The translations under genes and the position numbers were made by a program. Below the pieces are notes generated by a model. That model made no database searches and had not been told where the DNA came from. It saw only the letters and a list, made by a program, of their open reading frames with translations. Of a DNA stretch of 64,000 nt, positions 39,912 through 50,418 are shown one piece after another (position 1 is the first letter of the stretch; every line of letters begins with the position of its first letter). Source of the stretch: Candidatus Levyibacteriota bacterium (GTDB lineage: Bacteria; Patescibacteriota; Microgenomatia; Levybacterales; UBA12049); contig SIBS01000003.1 in the NCBI GenBank assembly GCA_009695045.1, positions 10,561 to 74,560 of the forward strand. Direction: 5' to 3'.

Positions 39912-40003
39912 TTATTTATTATAAACTTGTTGTTTTGTAAGAAATGTAAGAAATTTATCAAAGCATTGACTAATCTTATTTAAATGAAGTAATATAAATA
40001 GTC

Positions 40004-40549
40004 ATGGAAAATAATCAACTAGAAATGTGTCCTAAATGCAATAATCCACTTAATGAAATTACAACTACTGCGACTGGAAAACAGTTACAACGATGCTCGA
40101 GTGGATCTTGGGATTCAGGAACAAGAAGCACTACTGGATGTGATTATGTAAAGTGGCTCGAAACGCCTCCACAGCAACTAGAAGAAATGTGTCCTAAATG
40201 CAATAATCCACTTATGATGGTAGTTACTCGTTTTGGCAAAAAAATGAAAAAATGTAGCACTAATTCATGGAATAAAGAAACAAAGAAATCAGAAGGTTGT
40301 GATTATATTGAATGGATTAATGGAACAACTGAACCATTAGATGAAGAATGCCCACAATGTGAATCAAAACTCGTACTCTACACAACTACTAGTGGCAAAA
40401 AAATGAAAAAATGCTCGACTGCTGGATGGGATAAGAATAATAAACAACCAACTGGTTGCACATATGTTCAATGGCTTAAGGCAGCTGACTATGTAGGTAA
40501 ATATGATAATGGTGGAGAAGAATTTTTACCACCAGAACCAGATATATAA
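40004..40549 (+). CDS. stand-alone topoisomerase I-type C4 zinc-ribbon repeat protein (three repeats)
   Basis: Three CPxC...G K...C...GCxY(V/I)xW units. Confidence 0.75.
   Translation: MENNQLEMCPKCNNPLNEITTTATGKQLQRCSSGSWDSGTRSTTGCDYVKWLETPPQQLEEMCPKCNNPLMMVVTRFGKKMKKCSTNSWNKETKKSEGCDYIEWINGTTEPLDEECPQCESKLVLYTTTSGKKMKKCSTAGWDKNNKQPTGCTYVQWLKAADYVGKYDNGGEEFLPPEPDI
40021..40214 (+). repeat. exact 32-bp intragenic direct repeat
   Basis: AGAAATGTGTCCTAAATGCAATAATCCACTTA at 40021-40052 and 40183-40214. Confidence 0.85.
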
Positions 40550-40551
40550 GT

Positions 40552-40893
40552 ATGAATATTAAGAAAAATCAAGACCTTAAAATAGAAGATATTAGCGAAG
40601 GTGAAGGATCTACAGTTAAAGATGGAGATACTGTAGTTATACATTATACTGGATGGCTTGAAGATGGTACAAAATTTGATTCCTCATATGACAGAAAAGA
40701 ACCATTTGAAACTAAAATAGGTGCTGGCTATGTTATTAAGGGATGGGATATGGGAGTTCCGGGAATGAAAGTAGGTAGTAAAAGAAAGCTAACGATACCA
40801 CATGAGTTAGGTTATGGTAAATATGGTGCAGGTGAAACAATTCCAGGATCAGCAACGCTAATTTTTGAAGTAGAATTGTTAAGAATAAAGTAG
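40552..40893 (+). CDS. FKBP-type peptidyl-prolyl isomerase
   Basis: HYTGWLEDGTKFDSS, VIKGWD, GYG, ATLIFEVELL. Confidence 0.95.
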   Translation: MNIKKNQDLKIEDISEGEGSTVKDGDTVVIHYTGWLEDGTKFDSSYDRKEPFETKIGAGYVIKGWDMGVPGMKVGSKRKLTIPHELGYGKYGAGETIPGSATLIFEVELLRIK

Positions 40894-41074
40894 TATTTCT
40901 TCTAACTTAAATAGTAGATATAGTATTCAATCTTCTGACATGGGTTTTCTAAAATTATATTGGCTCATAAATAGTATTTTATACTGCCTATTTTGTGGCT
41001 TAAATATCATATTTTTATGATATTTTTATTTTTTACTGAATTGATAAGATAAATATTTTTAATGATTTCTAAAA

Positions 41075-41620
41075 ATGAAAGATAAAACAAAAAAATCAGT
41101 TTTACAAATTGTAATTATAATAATTGTAATTATAATAATTGGCCATAGTGCAGCAAATAAAGTGCGTATTATTTCTCCGCTACCATCAGCTAGTTATGAT
41201 TTTAAAAAACTAGGAATTATTAGCTGGGTCACTCAAGTTATTAAAAATATGACTTCAGAAGATAAAAATAACAAAATACGTATTTTATCAACCAATATAC
41301 CCGACCTTAAAACGAATAATAATAAAAAAGTATATGAAAAAGATAATAATACAGATATGTTTGAAGAGGATAATAATACAAATATACTTGAACAGTCTGT
41401 TGAAAATGATACTTTAATTCAAGATATAAAAGTACCTAATGACATAATTAAAAATCCTCAAGTAATTCTTAATATAGCAAAGACTTTTTATGAAAGTAAA
41501 AAAATAGAATATGAAAAATTAATAGAAAAAACAATCAAAAATATTCCAATAATATCTGATAATCCTAATGAAGAAATTAGCAATTGTGAACAATTAGATA
41601 AAATTTACAATAAATTATAA
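41075..41620 (+). CDS. hypothetical membrane-anchored protein
   Basis: N-terminal TM, IISPLP, low-complexity N/D/E region. Confidence 0.55.
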   Translation: MKDKTKKSVLQIVIIIIVIIIIGHSAANKVRIISPLPSASYDFKKLGIISWVTQVIKNMTSEDKNNKIRILSTNIPDLKTNNNKKVYEKDNNTDMFEEDNNTNILEQSVENDTLIQDIKVPNDIIKNPQVILNIAKTFYESKKIEYEKLIEKTIKNIPIISDNPNEEISNCEQLDKIYNKL

Positions 41621-41633
41621 TTAACTATAAATA

Positions 41634-42884
41634 ATGAAATTAAACCATAAAAATAATATAAAAATAAATAAATTTTCTGCCTTACAACATAGAGATTTTA
41701 GACTTCTTTGGATCGGTCAACTTATTTCTAATACCGGATCACAGATGCAAATAGTTGCTTTAAATTGGCACATATATTTACTAACTAATTCTGCTGTTGC
41801 ATTGGGGCTGATTGGTCTTTCAAGATTTATTCCAGTTGTTATATTTTCATTAATTGGTGGCTCTTTTGCAGACTCTCATAATAGAAAAAAAATCATGTTT
41901 TATTCACAATCTATTATGGCAATATTTTCTATTATATTGACTATTGCAACATTCACAAATAATGTAACGCCATTAATAATTTATTCCATAACTATAGGAA
42001 GTTTTATTGCATTTTCTTTTGATCTACCTGCTCGTCAAGCTCTAATACCCAGCTTAATAAATAAGAAAGATTTTACCAACGCAATGAGTCTTAATTCCAT
42101 TATGTTTCAGATATCAGCTATTTTAGGGCCTGGCCTTGTTGGTTTTGTTATTGCAGAATTTGGTATTGGAAGTGTTTATGCATTTAATTCTTTATCTTTT
42201 ATGGCAGTTATAATTGCGCTCTTATTAATGCGCTCAGATGGTGCTATCAATGGAAAATCAACACCCGTATCTATTACAAGCATATTGGAAGGATTAAGAT
42301 TCGTTGCTTCAAGGACAATTATTTGGTCAACTATGCTTTTAGATTTTTTTGGAACATTCTTTTCCTCTGCAACTGCACTTTTACCAATTTTTGCAAAAGA
42401 TATATTACATGTTGGACCGCGAGAGCTTGGATTTTTATATGCTGGTCCTGCTATTGGTGCACTTATTGCTGGATATATCATTGCTCATATGGAAAAGATT
42501 AATAATCAGGGAAGAATATTAATATATGGAGTAATATGTTATGGTTTCGCTACTATGCTTTTTGGGTTATCTACATTTTTTTGGCTATCTTTTATTTCAC
42601 TTATTATTTTAGGCATAGGTGATGCAATAAGCGCAATTATTCGAAATATTGCAAGACAATTAGAAACTCCTGATTACATTCGTGGTCGCATGATTGCAAT
42701 AAATATGATTTTTTTTCTAGGAGGACCTCAGTTAGGAGAATTTGAAGCTGGAATTTTGGCAGCTAATGTTGGTGCTCCAGTATCCGTAGTTATTGGAGGA
42801 ATTAGTACAGTTATTTTTGCTGGAATTATTGCACTTAAAATTCCTGACTTAATAAATTATAAAGGACATGAAAATAAACAATAA
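41634..42884 (+). CDS. MFS transporter (EntS-like)
   Basis: HRDFRLLWIGQ, FDLPARQA, ALLPIFAKDIL, RGR, GGPQLGEFEAG. Confidence 0.88.
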   Translation: MKLNHKNNIKINKFSALQHRDFRLLWIGQLISNTGSQMQIVALNWHIYLLTNSAVALGLIGLSRFIPVVIFSLIGGSFADSHNRKKIMFYSQSIMAIFSIILTIATFTNNVTPLIIYSITIGSFIAFSFDLPARQALIPSLINKKDFTNAMSLNSIMFQISAILGPGLVGFVIAEFGIGSVYAFNSLSFMAVIIALLLMRSDGAINGKSTPVSITSILEGLRFVASRTIIWSTMLLDFFGTFFSSATALLPIFAKDILHVGPRELGFLYAGPAIGALIAGYIIAHMEKINNQGRILIYGVICYGFATMLFGLSTFFWLSFISLIILGIGDAISAIIRNIARQLETPDYIRGRMIAINMIFFLGGPQLGEFEAGILAANVGAPVSVVIGGISTVIFAGIIALKIPDLINYKGHENKQ

Positions 42885-42922
42885 AAAAGCATCCTCTTTT
42901 CATAATAGTAAGAAGATGCTTT
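42883..42922. terminator. hairpin between convergent genes (possible bidirectional terminator)
   Basis: AAAGCATC...GATGCTTT inverted repeat with flanking A/T runs. Confidence 0.5.
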
Positions 42923-42950
42923 AAGGAATATAAATTCTATTATCCTAAAA

Positions 42951-43145
42951 TCACTTTTTTTTCCCTACAAGAAGCAAAACCGTAGATGCTCCTACGAGTA
43001 CGTAAACTAATGTAACAAGCATTGGTACACTACCAAACAATGCTTCAACTAAATTGAGATTAAACGCAACCATACCCCAGTTTAATCCACCCACGATAAC
43101 TAAATAATAAGCGACTTTATTAACTAATTTAATATCTAAATTCAT
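42951..43145 (-). CDS. DUF378 small membrane protein
   Basis: LVIVGGLNWG...NLVEALFG...VYVLVGAS; SD AAGGGGGTG. Confidence 0.9.
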   Translation of the reverse strand: MNLDIKLVNKVAYYLVIVGGLNWGMVAFNLNLVEALFGSVPMLVTLVYVLVGASTVLLLVGKKK

Positions 43146-43286
43146 TTATATCACCCCCTTTCATTATTCTAATTTTTATTTCAGAAATCAATCGATTTAA
43201 ATTCATAATAAAATCGTATACTTATTAAAATGATACGTCAAGTACTCATTAAATGAATATAAGGAAATATCACGGAAGATTAAAAT

Positions 43287-43784
43287 TTATTTCACTATCA
43301 AGTTTCCAACCATGCCAATTTTTCTATGATTACCTATACTACAATAAAATTCAAACTTACCAATTTTATCAGCAACAAATGTTATTTTTTGATTTTTACC
43401 AGCTGAAAGCGACTCTGTCCTAGCATTGAATTCATCAATTACAAAATCATGAACACCTTCTTCATTATTAAATATTATTTCTACATTGTCATCTTTATTT
43501 ACTTTTATTTCCTTAGGAGAAAAAGAGAAATTTTTTCCAATAACTATAAATGATTTTACGGAAATTTTTTCCTTAATTGTTGCTTCTGTATTACTTACAG
43601 AATTATCTTCACTTAAGGGGGATTTTTCAATTATGCCTGCTGAGGTAGAAGAAATTATTTCAGATTGAACTTTCCTATCTCTTACTCCATTATTGTATAT
43701 TAAAAACATAACCATGCTTATAATAAAAATAATTAAAATTACAACCAATACTATATATTTTGCATTATTTTTCTTAGTATCCAT
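43287..43784 (-). CDS. membrane-anchored cupredoxin
   Basis: FSFSPKEI, HDF, FYCSIGNHRKIGM (H/C/H/M type-1 Cu ligands). Confidence 0.88.
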   Translation of the reverse strand: MDTKKNNAKYIVLVVILIIFIISMVMFLIYNNGVRDRKVQSEIISSTSAGIIEKSPLSEDNSVSNTEATIKEKISVKSFIVIGKNFSFSPKEIKVNKDDNVEIIFNNEEGVHDFVIDEFNARTESLSAGKNQKITFVADKIGKFEFYCSIGNHRKIGMVGNLIVK

Positions 43785-43894
43785 GTTATAAATATATACT
43801 ACTTAATCTATTTCTGCAAATACATATTTTTGATATTAACAGTAATTGAGATTTATTTTTTTATATTTCATAAATAAGAAGATATAATAATATT

Positions 43895-45253
43895 CTATCT
43901 TGATAGATTATTACACATATTTTCTACTTTTTTCCAAAACAATGATACTCCACCAGACTGCATTTCTTCTACATTATAGTCTGTTGAAAGTGGATGTGGC
44001 TTACAGTTCATCATTGCGGAAAGTATGCCTTCTCGCATTGCCCAATTGATAAGCGAGCTAGCAACAATTGGGTCATCGGGCAAACAGAAGCCTCTCCATC
44101 CACCAGCTTTTTGAAGCATCTCTCCACCGGATTCATCTACTAGCGGCTTGTCTCTTCCTGCATATTCCCATAATAAATTATTAACTGAAATATGAGGGAT
44201 TAAATTACTGCGACGTAGAAAATTTAAATTATCCTTCTCTTGTCTACCGATTGGCTCTGAAAAAAGCAATAATGATGCACCCTGCATGGTGCATTCGAGC
44301 AGTGCTTTAAATGACTGCTCACTTGGCTTAGTTATTTCCAATGAAATCGGAAATTCTTTATAAATCTCTTCATACTTATGCACAATCTCCTTATCCTGAG
44401 ATGAAACAGTAATATCAACATATGACCTTTTAAGCATTTGTGAAAGAAAATTACGCACATATGGAGCATCTTTTGAAATAATATGAAATAAAAAACGATG
44501 AGATTTTTGATGTAATGAATCAATAAGCTTTGCATAATAATCTGTTCCCACAGCAGCTCCCGAAACCGGAATCATAACATGAATTGTTTTATTGTTTTTA
44601 TTATCAACTTGAGAGATTCTATCTTCCATGTATTCTTTTGAAATATTTTTTTCAAGCAAGGGACTAATCGGATACGGAGAGACTTCAATATTTATCTCTT
44701 CTTTTGTCTTTTTTTTTGCATATTTCAAAAGACTATTTTTCGTTTTTCTACTTGGAACAAAGGTTATATCTGCTTCCTTTATAAACCAGATATGAAGAGG
44801 GCTATCATCTGTTACTTGAACAATTAAAATAATTTGTATTTCTTTTTCTTTTTCTAATTTTTTTTTAATTGATCCTATTTGTTGAGCCAAGCCGAAATGA
44901 GTTGCAATAATAATGACCCTGCTTGGTTGCTCAATATTTTGATCAATAATTGTTAAGATTTGTTCATAAATTTGCTTGGTATGTGAGCGTAAAAACAAAT
45001 TATAATAAAATGTAGAAATATCTTCCATAAGTCCCTGCTCGGCCCATTGAGTAATGGCCCTAGTTATAGGATGAAAACTCATAATTCTATGTAGAAATGT
45101 AATCGCTTTATCCTGTGAGCCTAAAAGTAATGGAAATATCTTATTTGGAAGACCTTCATATAAAGCATTTGTAACGCGTAGGTGACCAAGTCCTGCAGGA
45201 GCAAAAGCAAAAATAAAAATAGTTGATTTATCAGCAAAAATAGAAGTTTTCAT
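43895..45253 (-). CDS. hypothetical protein, GT-B glycosyltransferase-like
   Basis: AGLGHLR, ATHF, VTDD, ITKPSE, PIGRQEKDNLNFL resemble MGDG-synthase/UgtP-type motifs. Confidence 0.5.
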   Translation of the reverse strand: MKTSIFADKSTIFIFAFAPAGLGHLRVTNALYEGLPNKIFPLLLGSQDKAITFLHRIMSFHPITRAITQWAEQGLMEDISTFYYNLFLRSHTKQIYEQILTIIDQNIEQPSRVIIIATHFGLAQQIGSIKKKLEKEKEIQIILIVQVTDDSPLHIWFIKEADITFVPSRKTKNSLLKYAKKKTKEEINIEVSPYPISPLLEKNISKEYMEDRISQVDNKNNKTIHVMIPVSGAAVGTDYYAKLIDSLHQKSHRFLFHIISKDAPYVRNFLSQMLKRSYVDITVSSQDKEIVHKYEEIYKEFPISLEITKPSEQSFKALLECTMQGASLLLFSEPIGRQEKDNLNFLRRSNLIPHISVNNLLWEYAGRDKPLVDESGGEMLQKAGGWRGFCLPDDPIVASSLINWAMREGILSAMMNCKPHPLSTDYNVEEMQSGGVSLFWKKVENMCNNLSR

Positions 45254-45358
45254 TTATATATAATAACTATACTATCAGAAAAAAAAGCTATCAACAAAGC
45301 AGTAATTATACAATATAACTATTTATCATTAACTATACTTAAATAAGTAAATAAAAAT

Positions 45359-46828
45359 TTATTTCAATTTTCGAGGAATAGTTACTCCATTTTTATCTTC
45401 AATGATGTATCCTTCTTTTCTTAATTCTTCCCTAATCTTATCTGCATCTTGATATTTACCTTCTTTTCGTAAAATTGTTCGCTTAACGATTAGCTCATTT
45501 ATATTATCAGGAACAGATATATATATCTCTTTTATGTGTCTATTCCTTGTAATATCTAGGCCGAGAACTTCATCGAATTTCATAATACTAGCCAATTTTT
45601 CACCATCCGATCGCCTTGACTTTATAAGCTCCCATACAATTGCAAGCGCCCTAGGCATATCTAGATCGTTTTGCAAAGCATCTATAAATCTCTGCTCATA
45701 AACTTTATCTCCATGATTTTTATCTTCCGAAAGATTCGCAACTTCGTCCCTTAAGTGAACGAGTGCATTATGCGATGCTTCTAATGAACCCCATGTAAAA
45801 TTCATCTCTTGACGATAATGTGTTTGCAAATATAAATAACGAAGAGCCAATGGATCAAAGCCATTTTTTGTAACATCTTCCATTATGTAATTATTTCCCA
45901 AGCTCTTGCTCATTTTTTTACCATCAACCAGAATAAATGCCCCATGCACCCAATATTTTACAAATTTTTTTCCAGTAGCTCCTTCTGCTTGTGCAATTTC
46001 ATTTTGATGATGTATTGACTGTAAATCAATTCCACCTAAGTGAATATCAATCGTCTGACTATTTTCGGCATGAAATTTTCCTTCATCAAATATACCTAAC
46101 GAAAGATATTTTAAGCTCATCGCACTACATTCTATGTGCCATCCAGGAAATCCTTTTCCCCAAGGAGAGTCCCACTCCATTTGTCTTTTTTTATGAACAG
46201 CTTCATGTCCAGATAGGGATTTTTCCTTAGAATTGGAAAACTTCCATAATGCAAAATCACGGGAACTTCTCTTTTCTTTATTTATCTCAACACGCGCACC
46301 ATCTCTTACCTCATCTAATGTTGATAATTCGCCATATTCTGGAAATTTAATTGTGTCAAAATATATTCCATCAGTTATCTGATATGTAAATCCTTCTTCT
46401 TCTAACTTTTTTATTAAAACAATTTGTTCAGGAATGTTTTCTGTAGCTTTTGCAAAAATTAGAGGTTTTTCCAATCTAAGTAATTCATAATCTTTAATGA
46501 ATGCATCTGTATAGAATTGGGCTATTTCCCATGCATTTTTTCCAAGACGTTTAGCCGATTTTTCCATCTTATCTTCACCAGAATCTGCATCACCAAAATT
46601 ATCACCAGTAAGATGACCAACATCCGTGATATTCATAACATATGTTACCTGTAATTTACAAAATCTGAGAGTTCGAAGAAGTACATCAGAAAGTATATAA
46701 GTCCTAAAATTACCAATAGTCGCATAATCATATACCGTTGGACCACAGGCATACATAGTCACCCTAAGTGGACTTGATGGGTGAAATGACTCTATTTTTT
46801 TTGTAAGTGAATTATATATCCTTAACAT
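45359..46828 (-). CDS. cysS: cysteine--tRNA ligase
   Basis: YACGPTVY, TIGN (HIGN variant), DFALWK, PGWHIECSAM, KMSKS; start MLRIYNSLT. Confidence 0.97.
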   Translation of the reverse strand: MLRIYNSLTKKIESFHPSSPLRVTMYACGPTVYDYATIGNFRTYILSDVLLRTLRFCKLQVTYVMNITDVGHLTGDNFGDADSGEDKMEKSAKRLGKNAWEIAQFYTDAFIKDYELLRLEKPLIFAKATENIPEQIVLIKKLEEEGFTYQITDGIYFDTIKFPEYGELSTLDEVRDGARVEINKEKRSSRDFALWKFSNSKEKSLSGHEAVHKKRQMEWDSPWGKGFPGWHIECSAMSLKYLSLGIFDEGKFHAENSQTIDIHLGGIDLQSIHHQNEIAQAEGATGKKFVKYWVHGAFILVDGKKMSKSLGNNYIMEDVTKNGFDPLALRYLYLQTHYRQEMNFTWGSLEASHNALVHLRDEVANLSEDKNHGDKVYEQRFIDALQNDLDMPRALAIVWELIKSRRSDGEKLASIMKFDEVLGLDITRNRHIKEIYISVPDNINELIVKRTILRKEGKYQDADKIREELRKEGYIIEDKNGVTIPRKLK

Positions 46829-46914
46829 GTATTGAGCGATAAGTAGTAAGTATAGAGTATTAAATAAAAATAGCAAGATACTTATTAGATAAACTAATCA
46901 TATTATATACTTTT

Positions 46915-47409
46915 TTACCCACTAACGCCTCTATTTGCCTCAGTTGATCTTTCAGCACGATCTACTGAGATTGGTTTTTCTTTTGCTTTTTTCTCTTCTT
47001 TCTTTTGCAGATCTTGCTCCTCTAATCTTTCTATTCTTTCTGCAGGTTTTTCAACTTCCTCCATTGTTTTCTGACGCGTTATTAATTTTTGATAATATTC
47101 ACTATGTAGAATTTGTCTAAGCTTAGCTAGGTGTTTTTCATCTTCTGCATTTTTCGAATCCATGTCTGGCATCGGAGGCGCATCTTCGCCCGAAGAATAT
47201 GCATAGAGGTTTTTCACAAACTCTCGTGTCTGTTCTTGAGATTTTAATTCTGCTTCTGGATCACTAGTGGTAGATGTTTTTGCTATTTGACTAGAAGTTT
47301 CCTTAATTAATTCTACGGGCGAATTTACTATTTGCTTTGCTACCTGCTTTACTACTTGGCCAACTTGGCCAACGGAATCTCTAATTACTCCATTTCCCAA
47401 AATATTCAT
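46915..47409 (-). CDS. hypothetical charged protein
   Basis: 164-aa ORF on the operon strand; no motif recognised. Confidence 0.6.
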   Translation of the reverse strand: MNILGNGVIRDSVGQVGQVVKQVAKQIVNSPVELIKETSSQIAKTSTTSDPEAELKSQEQTREFVKNLYAYSSGEDAPPMPDMDSKNAEDEKHLAKLRQILHSEYYQKLITRQKTMEEVEKPAERIERLEEQDLQKKEEKKAKEKPISVDRAERSTEANRGVSG

Positions 47410-47460
47410 AAATTAAGTGTAACAAGGGAGAATATCAGTGTAAAGATATAAAATAAATAT

Positions 47461-47769
47461 CTATCGAATTATTCCAAGCATTTCTTTTGCATCATCAGTG
47501 AGTTTTTCAGGATCCCATGCTGGCTCCCATACTAAAGTAATTTTTACATCTTTTACTCCTTCAACTTTTTTCCCAGCCGCTGGAACCAACTCTTCAAAAA
47601 CAAATGACAATGGACACCCAGGAGTTGTAAGAGTCATAATAATTTCCACAAATCCCTTCTCTTGATCAATAATAATATTATAAATTAATCCTAAATCAAC
47701 AATATTAATTTTAATTTCTGGATCAATTACATCTTTTAACTGTTCCAATATTTGATCTTTTGTAATCAT
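47461..47769 (-). CDS. sufT: DUF59/SufT metal-sulfur cluster assembly factor
   Basis: VIDPE, NIVDLGLIY, MTLTTPGCP, VWEPAW. Confidence 0.9.
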   Translation of the reverse strand: MITKDQILEQLKDVIDPEIKINIVDLGLIYNIIIDQEKGFVEIIMTLTTPGCPLSFVFEELVPAAGKKVEGVKDVKITLVWEPAWDPEKLTDDAKEMLGIIR

Positions 47770-47818
47770 AAATTTTAATTAATTAAATATTTATATTTAT
47801 TATATATCTAAATAAATA

Positions 47819-48445
47819 TCAATATTTACTTCTTCCATCCATTGCTCGTTGAAGAGTAATTTCATCTGCATATTCAATATCTGCACCAGTTGGTAAACCT
47901 CTTCCAATTCTACTAATTATAAGATCTTTCATAAAGAGGTCAGATTTTTTATCAATAGATATCTTTAGCTGTTTTGCAATATACATTGCGGTTGCTTCTC
48001 CCTCCATTGTTGGATTTGTTGAGATAACTACTTCTGATACGTTTCCGTTTTGAACACGATTGACTAATTGCTTTATATAAATCTCGTCTGGTCCAATATT
48101 ATTAAGTGGATCAATCTTGCCATGCAATACATGGTAAACCCCATTAAATTTACCACTTTTTTCCAAAGCCATTACGTCCAATGGTTGCTCTACGACACAA
48201 ATAAAAGTTTGATCCCTCTGCTTATCTGAACAAATACTGCAAGGATCTAGGTCGCCAACAGTAAAACAAATAGAACAAAGCACAGTATCTTTACGTAGAT
48301 TTTCCAAAGCTTTAGCAAATCTATCTAACTCAGCCTGTGGTACATGTAGTAAATAAAATGTGAGTCGTTGTGCAGATTTAGGACCAATACCTGGAAGTTT
48401 TTCAAAAGATTCAATTACATTCTGGATTGCTCTTGGAATTTTCAT
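47819..48445 (-). CDS. recR: recombination mediator RecR
   Basis: LPGIGPKSAQRL, C4 zinc finger, YHVLHG, NPTMEGEATA. Confidence 0.97.
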   Translation of the reverse strand: MKIPRAIQNVIESFEKLPGIGPKSAQRLTFYLLHVPQAELDRFAKALENLRKDTVLCSICFTVGDLDPCSICSDKQRDQTFICVVEQPLDVMALEKSGKFNGVYHVLHGKIDPLNNIGPDEIYIKQLVNRVQNGNVSEVVISTNPTMEGEATAMYIAKQLKISIDKKSDLFMKDLIISRIGRGLPTGADIEYADEITLQRAMDGRSKY

Positions 48446-48456
48446 ATATTTAAATA

Positions 48457-49356
48457 TTATTCTCTCAAATAATCTGCTATGAGTTCTGCAATAGATATTA
48501 TTTCAATTTTAGGAGAATTATCTTCTAATTTAACTGAAATACTATTGGTAACAAAAACTTTTGTAATTAAATCGTTATTAAGTCTTTTTACCGCATGATC
48601 AGAAAATACAGGATGAGTAGCAAAAACAATTATTTCCTTAACACCATTAAGATGCAATAATTCTGATCCAGCTAAGATAGTTTTACCAGAAGAAATCATA
48701 TCATCTATGATAATTGCCCTATTGCGCACTTCTCCAGTAACCACATTGGACTTAACTTCTCCAGTTAATAAATCTCTATTTTTATCGATAGTGGCAAAAG
48801 GCATATTGTCCAAAATTTCAGATATTTGCTTAATCCTACGGATACCTCCCATATCAGGTGATATAAGTATTGTATTTTCATTATTCCATCCTTCTTTTTT
48901 TATCCTATTTGCAAAAATAGACAATGCTGAAAGATGTATCATCGGAATTGAAAAAAGTTCTGGAATTTTTATTGAATGTAAATCTAAGACAACAATTTTA
49001 TCTATATTCATAGATTCAATTATTTTAATAATTACTTCGATAGAACGTGCTTCTCCATCGCGAAATACATGATCTTGTCTTTGATATCCAAGATAAGGAA
49101 CTACAATAGTTATACTTTTAGCACCAGATCTATTTATTGCATCAATCATAAAAAATAATTCCATATAATTTTGATCTATTGGCATACCCGCAGATTGAAT
49201 AATTATTACATCCTCATCTACAACATTTTCCAAAACACGAAGTCTTCTTTCTCCATCTGTAAAGACTGTCAACTCAAAAGACGAAAGGATAAGATTAATT
49301 GAAATTGCTATTTCTTCTGCTAAATCTATACTTGAACTACCACTAAAAATTTTCAT
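48457..49356 (-). CDS. prs: ribose-phosphate pyrophosphokinase (second copy)
   Basis: FTDGE, PYLGYQRQD, DLHS, SPDMGG, IIDDMISSGKT, ATHPVFS. Confidence 0.9.
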   Translation of the reverse strand: MKIFSGSSSIDLAEEIAISINLILSSFELTVFTDGERRLRVLENVVDEDVIIIQSAGMPIDQNYMELFFMIDAINRSGAKSITIVVPYLGYQRQDHVFRDGEARSIEVIIKIIESMNIDKIVVLDLHSIKIPELFSIPMIHLSALSIFANRIKKEGWNNENTILISPDMGGIRRIKQISEILDNMPFATIDKNRDLLTGEVKSNVVTGEVRNRAIIIDDMISSGKTILAGSELLHLNGVKEIIVFATHPVFSDHAVKRLNNDLITKVFVTNSISVKLEDNSPKIEIISIAELIADYLRE

Positions 49357-49360
49357 AATT

Positions 49361-50326
49361 TTATAATATTAAATCCTTACTAATTGACTCACCTGTCTGA
49401 GTTCTCCTAATTACTTCTGCCAATAATGGCGCCACTGAAGTAATAATAATTTTAGGATTAGTTACAACTTCTTCTCGATGTGATATGGTATCTGTAATTA
49501 TCACCTCATCAATCGGTGAATCTACTATTTTTCTTAATGCATCTCCAGAAAATAACCCATGAATTGCGACAGCTCGCACAGTCTTAGCTCCTCTTTGTTT
49601 AATTAAGCTAGCTGCTTTTGTTATTGATCCACCAGTATCAATCATATCATCAACTAACAAAACATTTTTTCCCATTACGTCTCCAATCATATCAAATGCT
49701 TCTGAATTATTGTTTATTGATAAATCACGCTCTTTAAATACTATTGCAACACCATCTGCTCCTAAAAATTGAGCGAACTTAGTAGCCCTAGGAACACCAC
49801 CCTTATCTGGTGAGGCAATTATTAAATTATCAAGTTTTCTTTTTTTAATTATTGGCAATAATGCATAACTACCATATAAATTATCCCACGGCATTTTTAC
49901 AAAACCTTGCTGTTGCTCAGAATGAATATCTACTGTAATTATTCTATCTGCTCCAGCATATTGAATAATTCCAGCAATTACCGATGCACTAATGGGAACC
50001 CTAGGCATTTCTTTTCTATCTTGTCTCGAATAACCAAAATATGGAATTAAAGCAGTAATTTCTCTTGCCGAAGATCTTTTGACTGCATCAATAAGTAGTA
50101 TTAGTTCCATTATACTATCATTCACCGGTATAGACATAGACTGAATTATGACAACATGTCTTTGTCGAAGATTATGCGGAATTTTTATACGTAGCTCGCC
50201 ATCAGAAAACTGACTAATTGGATTATCTAAATATTCTTCTTTTCCTAAAATTTTAGCTATATCTTTTGCAAGACGAATATTTGCTCGACCAGTAATAAGA
50301 ATTAAATCATCTGTTTTTGACTGCAT
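49361..50326 (-). CDS. prs: ribose-phosphate pyrophosphokinase (first copy)
   Basis: FSDGE, PYFGYSRQDRK, DIHS, SPDKGG, VDDMIDTGGS, HGLFS. Confidence 0.93.
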   Translation of the reverse strand: MQSKTDDLILITGRANIRLAKDIAKILGKEEYLDNPISQFSDGELRIKIPHNLRQRHVVIIQSMSIPVNDSIMELILLIDAVKRSSAREITALIPYFGYSRQDRKEMPRVPISASVIAGIIQYAGADRIITVDIHSEQQQGFVKMPWDNLYGSYALLPIIKKRKLDNLIIASPDKGGVPRATKFAQFLGADGVAIVFKERDLSINNNSEAFDMIGDVMGKNVLLVDDMIDTGGSITKAASLIKQRGAKTVRAVAIHGLFSGDALRKIVDSPIDEVIITDTISHREEVVTNPKIIITSVAPLLAEVIRRTQTGESISKDLIL

Positions 50327-50418
50327 TACATTAATAATCCTTGATGCTTTCTCATAGCTATCTAGATATTGTAACATCAAGATTTTCCGTAATCAACGGG
50401 TGTGAATAATAAAAAATA

